Shown: in pieces, positions 25,430-35,325 of the stretch
Position numbering within the stretch: position 1 is the stretch's first letter
Layout of the letters: the number at the start of each line of letters is the position of its first letter
NCBI GenBank assembly: GCA_958009085.1
Contig: OY253669.1
Coordinates: 1,178,001 to 1,242,000 of the forward strand
DNA length: 64,000 nt
From: Protoeuglena noctilucae
Lineage: Eukaryota
Reading direction: 5' to 3'
The notes under the pieces: model-generated
Told to the model about the DNA's origin: nothing
Database searches by the model: none
Seen by the model: the letters and a program-made list of their open reading frames with translations, nothing else
Made by a program: the position numbers and the translations under genes

Positions 25430-25921
25430 TCAGGCCTTCCCAGCGCGCGTCCGTTCCTCGATCTGCTGGACCACCTGGGCACGGGCAGCGATCTGCCTCT
25501 CCCAATCCTCCGCGTACCGCTGGGCCGCGTTCCTGGTGGCTACCTGCGGGACAACCCGAGCTTTCTCGTAGAACGCGGTGGGTGGATCATCGCGGGGCCC
25601 AGCCGGGCAGGCGGGAGCTACCCGCGTTCTCCCTCCCCACGCATCCACCCCCGCAGCACCGCGCAGCAACAGCAGGCGTGTCGATCGTCCACGTCGCCGA
25701 AAAGCAAAAATGCATCGACGGACGAGGCGATTCGGCGTATCGAATGCTTGTGCTGTCAATTCGGGACGCAAAGGGGGCAACACGCGCTTCCCAGGCGTCG
25801 CTGTCGAGAGCGCGTCACGCGCCTGATAGAAATTAGTGTAGCACATGAACGCCTCCATGCATGCGCCCGCCAGGGCCGATGCACCAAACAGCTTCAGCAG
25901 GAATGAAGTGTCCCGGTGCAT
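25430..25921 (-). CDS. Small single-TM protein, SMIM4/UQCC5-like (~70 aa)
   Basis: MHRDTSFLLKLFGASALAGACMEAFMCYTNFYQ|VATRNAAQRYAEDWERQ...; the GAxMExFM..TxFY motif resembles SMIM4 homologues; GC-AG intron 25822-25544. Confidence 0.65.
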   Translation of the reverse strand: MHRDTSFLLKLFGASALAGACMEAFMCYTNFYQARDALSTATPGKRVLPPLRPELTAQAFDTPNRLVRRCIFAFRRRGRSTRLLLLRGAAGVDAWGGRTRVAPACPAGPRDDPPTAFYEKARVVPQVATRNAAQRYAEDWERQIAARAQVVQQIEERTRAGKA

Positions 25922-26071
25922 CGAGCTGTGAGAGGGCGCTCGGCTTCCAGTCGCGGATTGCGGCAGCTGCGTCCCGGCGACTGACGGGCCGGCGCCTTGG
26001 GCCAGGCTGACGAGCAAACAATTTCACACTGGCGCCCATGTGCAGCACGATGCACCACCACAAGCCTATCA

Positions 26072-28167
26072 TCATGCAGCAGCGCTCATGCGTCCCTCCC
26101 CCCTCCGGCGCTTGTTACAGCTCGGCTGCGCCAGGACAGCCTTCTTCTTCTCCACCTTGAGGACCACCCCCACGCCCACGACCGTCTTCAGGTCGCGCGC
26201 GGCGAAGCGACCCATGGCCTGACACTCCGCGTACGGCTCGACGCACAGGGGCCGTATGGGCCGCATGCGCACGAGACACACGTCGCCGGCCTGCACGAAC
26301 TCCGGATGGTCCTGAATCACCTCCCCCGTCTTGCGGTTCACGGTCGCCACGATCTCCTCGAACCGGCACGCCGTGTGGCTCGTGTGACAGTCGACAAGCG
26401 GCGTGTACCCCGTCACGATGCGGTTCGGGTGGTTCATGATCACCACCTGCGAGCGGGGTAGCCAGCTGAAGTCGTTTCTGTTTGCCATGCAATGGATGCA
26501 CCCAGCCCGACTGTTCGCGTCACGCTCGGCCCAGCCCTGTCCCACCTGGGCCAGGAAGGTGTCTACCACGTCCGCTGGGCTGGCGTCTGCGTCCGACGCC
26601 ACCATACCGCGGCGGAGGTCCTTGCACGAGACGCCTCGAAGGGAGAAGCCCACGTTCTGCCCCGGCCTGGCCACCTGGATGTCCGCGTGATGGATCTGGA
26701 TCGATGTGACCGTGCCCCTCAGGTCCCCGGGGGAGATCTTGACGTGCTGGCCGACGCGCAGCACCCCCGTCTCGACACGCCCCACCGCGACCGTCCCGAT
26801 CCCGGCAATCGTGTAGGCACCCTGCGCATCGATGTGGTCGGCCAAGGGTCCATGGCGACGAGCGCAGCACGGCAATCGCCCAAACCGGCGCAGCTGCCGC
26901 CTGCGGGCCGCACCTGAAGGGGGATGCGCAGCGGCAGGTGCTCGGCGCGCTGGGGCGTCCACAGGCGGTCGAGCGCCCCAGCGATGGTAGGCCCGTGGTA
27001 CCACGGCGCAGGGATGGGTTCTGTGAGGCCCTCGCCAGTCCACCCCGAGTAGGGGACGAAGGTCACTGGGAGAAGGGGCTCTCGCGGGTCAGTCGTGCGG
27101 CAGAGGTGGCGTGGCACCACCGCCTCTGCGGCAGCACTCGCCGCTCTCACCATTCTCCGGCAGGAACCCGCAGCGCCTGAGGAAGGGCGTGAGGATCCTC
27201 TGCACCTCCTCGAAGCGGTTGCGGTCCCAGGGCACGTTCAGGATGTCCATCTTGTTGACGCCGATGACGAGCTGCCGCACGCCCATCGTGTACGCAAGAA
27301 GCGCATGCTCCCTCGTCTGGCCCTTCTTGCCCGCCCCCGCCTCAAACGCGCCCTCCCGGGCGTCGATGACGAGCAGCGCTGCGTCCGCCTGGGGGAATAA
27401 CGGGCACAGGACCCCACTGTCACTGAACACCGGGGTGGCAAAGGGGCCTACTGTCGCCCAGCCAGGTGTACTCGCACCCCAACCAGGTGCACGCTCACCT
27501 GCGCGGCCCCGGTGATCATGTTCTTGACATAGTCCACGTGGCCAGGCGTGTCGACTATCTGGAACGTGTGGTGCTCCGTCTCAAACTGCAGCACGGGAGG
27601 GGACGGGACGGGCTGTGCACACGGGCGGGGAGGCAGGCGCGCCCACGCGCCTTGGCTCAGGACTCGCCTGCCGGACGCTGAAATCAATCGTGACGCCCCT
27701 CTCCCTCTCCGCCTTTAGCGTGTCCGTGACCTGCGCGCGTCGCAGGGGCGAGAATCTTTGCCGTGCTGCATGGCGGCATCGACTTGCGCCGCAGACCGCG
27801 AGGGACCGGACCGGTTGCGCAGGCAGCTCGTTGGCAAGACGATGTGTATATCTTTGCTACCGCGCGGGCCCTCCAGCGCGTCTGTCATGCGCATATCGAG
27901 GAACTGTGTTCCAACCCTAAAAGCTGGGACAGCCGCCGCGACGGCCCTGCCAGGGGCAGGGCAACCCCTTCACGCCGTGCAAAGCCTCACCCAGGCGTAG
28001 CTGAAGCTGCCCTTGCCCGCTACATTCGCCTCCCTTGCGAGCTTTTGTGCAGTTCGCTCATCGCAAGCCCCCAGCTGGAGGAGCAGGCGCCCGACGGTGG
28101 TGCTCTTCCCGGCATCGACGTGTCCGATGACTGCGAGACCCAGGTGGCCATCAGTGCCACCCTTCAT
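26072..28167 (-). CDS. Divergent elongation factor 1-alpha paralog
   Basis: G1 [24 protein letters not shown] and NKMD; EF-1alpha-type segments [53 protein letters not shown] and GRFAARD; about 6 exons, frame intact. Confidence 0.9.
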
Positions 28168-28516
28168 GGGCCCCCAGTCTCTACCTCGGCCTTGCAAGCT
28201 GCACGCTAGCCCTGCGGGCACGCGTCCAGCAGCTTTGGATTTCAAACCTGTTGTCCATCACATACACTGCGCGCGTCGCACTCACGGCCTCGTTGGCACC
28301 TCCTCACACCTGCGCTTGAAAGGCGTGCCGGCTCCTTCGCCCACACGCGCATCCTCGGGCAGCGACGACCCTAACCGGCAGTAGCTGTTGCTATGCATAC
28401 TGCGATGCACCGCTCAATGAGCCGCACACGTTCGGCTGGCGCGGGAACATTTCCCTAGGGCGTGGGGGAGCGGGTTGGGGAGAAAGTGCGGCTCGCAGAC
28501 GAGCGTCGACTGAGCC

Positions 28517-31500
28517 ATGCTCTTCTCCTCCTTGCTGTGGGGCGGCGGCGCCAAGGGCTCGGCATCAGCTCCAGAGGATGCGGCGCTCCAAGGTGACGAC
28601 GTGTATGCGCAGGGCTCGCTCTCTGCAGAGAGCCCTACGTGGCGCATTCAAGGCCATCGCGCAATCCTGTCCCATCCCTCAATGTAGGCTTTGGAAAAGC
28701 GACCGGCGGGAAGGCCCCGGCCGCCGCGAAGCGGGCTGCGGAGTCGCTGAGGGAGAAGGGGCTGCTCGTCAACCCCGTGTACGCGTCGCCGAACATCGTG
28801 ATCTTCGTATACGACGAGGACGCGTGAGTGGCCGTTTCGGGACGAGCGCGCTGGCCGCATGTCCGCACAGCCTGCTCCACGGCACGATCCGCTCGCCCGG
28901 CAGGACGCCCGCCCGCCCTCTTTCTGGCCGCAGCTTCGTGCGCGCGTCCCGCGAGCACATGCAGCACCCGACGGACCACGCGTACTCCACTCCCCGCAAG
29001 CGCTTAGCCGCGCAGGTGTCCGCACGCGCCTCCCGAGGCTCCACGCCCCAGCGCCCGCCCCGGGCGTCGTCCCGCGACGGCGTCAGCCCACCTCCGAGCA
29101 AGGTGCACTCGGTGGCGAGGTTGAACGACGCGAGAGACGCCGACCCCCCGCCTTCGCGCCTGCAAGTGGCTTCGCACACCGAGACCGCCCCTCCTCACGC
29201 GGCCCGGAGCCTCCATGCCGCCATCGAGGCAGCCAGGTCAGGGACTTGCTAACGACTCTGCCGCCTTCTCCAGTGGCCTTGCAGCTGCAGGGCCTGCAGG
29301 ACGACAGCACACGGCAGGGCGGATGTCGTGACGTGACGTGACGAGAGGTGCACCGTCCTTCGTTGCAGGCCACCGGCCAGGGAACCCTCAGCGGACGGCA
29401 GCGGTGCTTCGGGTCCCGAGGGCGACGGCGAAGGTGGCAGCGTCGATGGGGTCTCGTCAGACGCATCGAGAGGGCGCCCCCCGGCACCACGGGCGGTGCG
29501 TCCCAGCAAGCAGCCCGTCAATGGCGACGTGCCCAACCCTCACTACGTTTACCTGTCCGCGGTGCAGCAGTTCCTCTGCGAGGTCCACGGGAGGGCCTTC
29601 GCGGTCGCCAATGCCGGGCCGGCCCTAGCCACCATCGGTGAGCTCAGGATGGCGCCCCAGCTTGGCCTGCCACTGTTGATGAGCTCCCAGCGCCCCTCGC
29701 TGCCCTGACCCACTTGTTTCGCGCATTCACATCCTTCCATTGCATTGACATTTGACGCCACATCCGTGCCCTTTTCGACACTCGGCGTGACCCACTGTCT
29801 ACGCCCGCACCGCACCTCTCGCCTTGCCCCCGCAGTGCCCCATGCCTCGGAGCTGTTCTATCACGTGGCTCCCGTCATTGAATTCCATGAGGACGACGCC
29901 TCCGCCTCAGTGCCGGAGCTCGACTGCGCCCAGCCGCCCATCGCCTCGCCCCATGCCCACTTCACGTGAGCGCCGCCATGCACAGCTGTACCTCACACAG
30001 CCGCCCCTCACAGATATCTCCCCTCGCATTCTGCCCTCACGCAGCCGCCCCTGTTCATCTGCAAGGCCCTGTCCACGCGGCACCCTAGCTTGTTGCAATC
30101 TGTTCCCTATGTCACGTCATGAACCTGACCCACCCGCCACGCCCTCCCTGAGCAGGTGGGAGTTCGAGGCATTCCCCGGCACGCCTCCCCTGGACATCCT
30201 GGTGCGCGTGGCGTATTCGATGGCCAACTGGCTCAAGGGCTTCCCCCTGCGCAACGCCCCGCCAGCGGACAAGGGGCGGCCTAGGGACAGGGTCGTGGCC
30301 CTGCACGTCAATGCCGGTCTCGGGTCCCCGCACCACACGGCCTACTTCCTGGCGGCGTGCGCGCTGTACCTGGCGGAGGGCACGGCGGGGCACCCTCGGT
30401 TTCGGTCGGTGGAGGAAGCCTACTGCGAGCTGGTCAACCACGCGCCCATGCCGGACTCCAAGGACCCAGGTGGGGGCATGGCGCCCAACAGTGTTAATAG
30501 CCATCCATCCACAAGGGCGCGCGTGCCTGGGTGTCTGGTCGGCTAACGCTATCTGCGTGTTGGCTCTCTGAACTAGATGACTGACTTGAGATTCGGGATC
30601 AGTCAACGCTGTCTTGATAAACCGAGTGGATGACCTGAGTGTGGCCTGCCATCCACTGCCCCTGCAGAGCTGGAGGAAGCGGCGCAGCGACTGACGCCGT
30701 TACTGCACAAGCGCAGCCACGGGGGCAGCAAGGGGTCGGGCTCGCCGGGGACCTCCCTGGCGCGATGGGACGTGCTGACGCGGGTGGACCTGAGCCGGGG
30801 CGTGGTCGAGTCAAGCGTGCTGGGCTCGTCACGCGTGGTGGTGCCGCCCGTCCTCAGCAGCCAGGCGCAATACGGCAACTACCTCCAGAACCTCACGGCG
30901 CGCGGGCGCACGGCGATGCTGGCGCGCGGGGGCGTGCCGGGCGGGGCGCGCCTCCTGCTCCGCAACTTCGTCGTCTTCTCGCTCCCCTCCTACCACCTTT
31001 TCCACGGACGCCGACTGGAGACCTCCGGAGTGATGGGCGCCGCGTACAACACCCCCCTGGACTACAACGCGGAGTTCACGGGTGGCGACGTGCGGTTCGG
31101 TGTCGCCTATGCGGCGGTGTATCAGCGGGGGCAGATGGTGTGGGACGGCGACAGCCAGTCGCAGGCATCGGGGTCGTTCTTCAAGACTGAGTTCGGCGGA
31201 CAGCCGGTGGGTGGGACGTGGAGGGGAGATGTGCCTTGGGATGTGTCGTGGCAGCACGCACGGACTGCATTCATTGTTGTGCCTTTTACTGAGACAGGCC
31301 CGTGCTGCGCCCGTCGCCAGGCTCGCTCACCCCACGCCCGCCTTTTCGCCTGCGCAGATCGAGGTGTGCGGGGACGTCTCCATCGCCGTCTGGCGCTCCT
31401 TCGACCATTTCGAATACAAGGACCCTCCAGCCATGGTGAGGCGCCAGTCATGCACGTTGCCACTGTTAACACGCGTCATGCCCACTCACTTCCCATGCAC

Positions 31501-34500
31501 CCACCGACTTGTCTGCTCACCCAGGTCCTGGCCTTCCACACCGCTTACGTCGACACGCACCGGGGCGGCGGCGAGCGTGTCATTGACGTTCACTTCTCGC
31601 GCCGCCACGGCTACCTCGACTTCCCGGAGCTCATGGGCACCCGGCAGCCCCTCATCCTGGGCTTTCAGGTTAAGGATGAGGCCGGCCTTGACCAGAGCCT
31701 GATGCACGTGTTCCTGGCGGAGCCGCCCCTGTACCAGGCGGCGAAGGTCGACCTGGACCGGGCGGTGCAGGGAACGACGGTGAGCAGCGGGGTTGGTGCG
31801 GGCGAGGCGGGGTGATTTGTCAAAGGGCCAGGTGCTGGGGTGTGGTAAGTTTGTGACCGGTGCAGAGTTTGCTTGGTACGCCTCGACAATTGCATTGGCC
31901 GACTGTGCTTAGTACATGTCGTGCCTTGACCAACGTGGTTGTCGACTGCCCCAATCGTGTCGACTGTTCCCAGAACGACCTTCTGAGGGACGCCACGGTG
32001 ACGCCGGACGAGATGCGCGAGATGAGCACGCGGGAGGTGATGTTACAGACCGGCCGCATTTCATTGGAGGACCTGGAGCGTTGGGAGGAGGAGCAGCGGA
32101 GGGTCCGCAAGAGAACGGCGGATGGGGCGAATGGGGCGGGGGGCGACGGTGAAGAGGAGGAGGGCGAGGAGACGAGGGATGCCAAGGTTAGGGAGACTGA
32201 GAGTTTGAGCTCAGTAGGGCAGAGGTGGTTGGCTAATAGGAAGTGGATGCAGACAGCCATGGCACTGAGGGACGTGCTTCTGACTTAACCATGACACTGA
32301 TGGCCTTGCTCCACCGCAGGACGCTCATCGGGACGAGATGATGGCGGCCTTGGCGGCCCAGCGGGTGCGCCAGGCGGACCGTGCGGGACCGTCCGCCACC
32401 CCCCAGGCACAGCGCGGCGTCGGTGGACTGAGGGAAAGCTCGGGGGCAGAGGGCCCCAGGTACGAGTCTCTATCCACTCAGCTGGAGTCGATGCAGGCGG
32501 TGGGGTCGCGGGGGACCGCGCGGGCGGACGCAGAGGGCGGGGTCGTGGGTGCCGGGGTTGGGGCGGGGCCGCTGCAACGCAAGAGCTTCATGGAGAGGGC
32601 AGAGGAGAGGATGGGGGCGCTGAGGGAACGGATTGACGCGGGAGAGCCCCCACGCGTCGAGAGACAGAGCGAAGTGGTGCTTTCGGAAGCAGCGGGAGTG
32701 GCGGGGCCTGGGCCGGGGTCCGTTGCACAGGGTCGCGCCCCAGCCGCGCCGCCCCTGCCACCCTCGCTGGCCGCAGCGCGAAAGGCGCCGAGCGATGCGG
32801 CAGAAGGGGACAAGGCGAAGGAGGCAAAGAGCCCAGCGCCAGGGCCCCCCAAAGCCCCGCCCTTGCCGCCCAAGCTGGGAGGGGCGGGGGCTGCGAGTGG
32901 GCCCGGCCCACCCCCGCCACCCCCACTCCCGCCCAAGCTTGCCGCTGCGGGGGGTGCCGGCGAGGCCGCACCGCCCCCTCCGCCCCTCCCACCTCAGCTG
33001 GGGGCCGCACCCGCGTCCAAGCCACCCCCGCTACCACCGTCGCTCGCCCGGCTCCGCAGCACCCCCGTGGGGGGAGTCCTGGGCGGTGCCGCCGCGGACG
33101 GTGTCCCGAGCGCCGCTCCCGCGGACGCGCCTCAGCCGTCGCCGGGGCGGCCCTCTGTGTCTGGCGGGCCGTCGCGCCCCGGGGCGCCCCCCGCGCCTCC
33201 GCTGGGGTTACGCCGCTTCCACTCCCTGGGCCCCAACGCCCCCCGCCTGCGCCGGTTCTTCTGGCAGCAAGTGAGCCAGGTCGACGAGTCGGTGTTTGCG
33301 GAGATCCTCGACTCTGGGGGCGCGCGGCAGTCAGGGGCCGGGGTTCTGCCCACCCCAGGACGCGCCTCCACGGACGGAGGCAGCTCGGGCACCCCGAGGA
33401 TGGCGCTGAGCGCGGAGCTCGCGTCGCGCATCCGGGACATGTTTGCGTTGCCGAGCGAGGACGACGAGCGGGCCCAGCGGGTGATGGAGCGCGTGGGTCG
33501 TGGACGTGGGCCGGCGGTGCTCGAAACCTCGCGGGCCAACAACGTGAGCATCATGGCCAAGGCGCTGGGCGGGGAGCCGGAGGAGGTGTGCCGGCAGGTG
33601 CTGTCGGGCGACGGGCGGCTGCGGGAGGAGCACGTGGCGTTGCTGATGAAAATCGTGCCTTCGACGACGGAGACGCGGAAGCTGAGGGCGTACGAGGGCC
33701 GCGAGGCGGAGCTGATACCCGCGGAGCGCCTCATGCTGGCGCTGGCGGGCATCCCGAGGCTGAGGGCGAAGCTAGACATCCTGATGTTCACGAGGGAGTT
33801 CGAGGGACTGGCGGAGGAAGTGGAGCAGGTGAGAGAGCAGGGTGGTGGGTGGCTGATGAAGTGGGGCAGGTGAGAGCAAGAGAGCAGGGCGGTGGGTGGC
33901 TGATGCAAGCTGCGAGCCTTCCCAGCTAGCAACCTTTGGCACCCACAATGTCTACTTGTCTCACAGGCCGCGTCTTTGGTGACGGCGGCAGCCCAGGCGG
34001 TGCGGGAGAGCAAGGCTCTGAGGAACGTGCTGCGCCTCGTCCTGACGGTGGGGAACGTGCTGAACGACGGGTCCCAACAGGGCAACGCCGTCGGAGTGCG
34101 CCTGGAGTCGCTGTTGAAGCTCCAGGACGTGAAGGTCGTGGCGCCAGTGGGAGGGCCCGACTTGGGGTCACGTGCAGCAGGTGCGGGGCGGGGGCATTGG
34201 GGTACATGTGAGATGAAATCCCGACGCCCTGTGTCCTTATCACACCCACACCAACACTGCTTTCAGCCATTCGTGTGCCACCGCCACCTCTGCCTCCCCG
34301 CTGCCCACCTCGCAGGCGATGGGGAGTCGGGCCCCGCCGGGACGGCGCAGCCATCCAAGCCCCCCCCAGCCCAGGGCGCGTCTGTAGCGCAGGCGTGGCG
34401 GGCGGCGGTGTGGGGTCGGGCTTCGAATCTCCTTGAATTCGTCGCCGCCGCTTTCCTTCTCGAGTCTGGGTGGAAGCCCGGCGCTGGCGGGGACGACCGG

Positions 34501-35243
34501 GGTGGGTGGGCGCCGAGGGACGTCGGCAACGGTCGTGGCGGTACCCGAGGGGCCGCGGCACCCGCCCGGTCGCTCCCGGGCCTGCTGCCGGGCCTCTCAG
34601 TGCTCAAGGAGGCGTGCGGGCGCGTGAAAGAGGACCTGGTGGATGTGCCGGCGCAGCTGACGGCCCGGATGCAGCAGTGCCGGCGCGAGATGCAGGCGCT
34701 GGGGGAGCAGAGGGAGAAGGAGGTGAGGGAGTGGATGGGGATGTTGGTTGGTGGTTTTGCATGGGTGCCATGGTGAGGTATGACCGAAACCCCTTGGACC
34801 CCTGTGAATGTTTTTCAGAACTTCATATCCGCACTCATCAGAGACCCATCAGACCCGTCCGTCTCTGACACGCAGGCGCCGTTCGCGACCATGCTGGCGG
34901 CGTTTGTGCAGGGAGCCGAGGAGCGGCTGGGGAAGGTCCAGGGGCAGGTGGAGGCGGCGAGGAAGGCCGCAGAGTCCCTGGTGGTCTTCATGGCAGAGCC
35001 ACGCGAGGTGGGGGAGATGCTGCTTGGCTCAGAGTCATTGCGCTGTGCTGGGGTGGGATGGCGGCGCAGGGGATGAGACGAGCTGCAACGATGGGCAATG
35101 GTTCACAGAGACTAATATCAATACTAGTGACTCTACTACCCCCGCAGACGGCTCCCGAGGACGTCATGCTGATGCTGTGGCAGTTCTCTGCGCGTTTCGA
35201 CATCGCAGTGGCCAAGGTCGCCGGCACGCGCGTGGCCTCATGA
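28517..35243 (+). CDS. Class II-type formin (PTEN-like phosphatase + C2 + FH1 + FH2)
   Basis: Start MLFSSLLWGGG; PTEN-like part (SMANWL...VVALHVNAG, QAQYGNYL) and C2 part (VCGDVSI, LAFHTAYV); polyproline FH1 ~32750-33210; FH2 (LRRFFWQQV, RANNVSIM, LIPAERLM, VLTVGNVLNDGSQQGNAVGVRLESLLKLQDVK, SNLLEFV). Confidence 0.9.
33818..33906 (+). repeat. Imperfect ~41-48-nt direct duplication spanning a formin 5' splice site
   Basis: AAGTGG(A/G)GCAGGTGAGAG...GCAGGG(T/C)GGTGGGTGGCTGATG occurs twice in tandem. Confidence 0.85.
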
Positions 35244-35325
35244 GAAGATTATCTGTTCGATACCACGCCGTTTCAAACCACCCCATGTCTATCAGAGTCC
35301 ATCACGTTCGACGTTAGGCGCCGTG

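Noticed and set aside
26072..28167. Calling the GTPase HBS1, eRF3 or EFL
   Set aside because: No N-terminal extension, and domain III (IMNHP..GY.P..DCHTSH, GRFA.RD) is EF-1alpha-type without EFL-style insertions.
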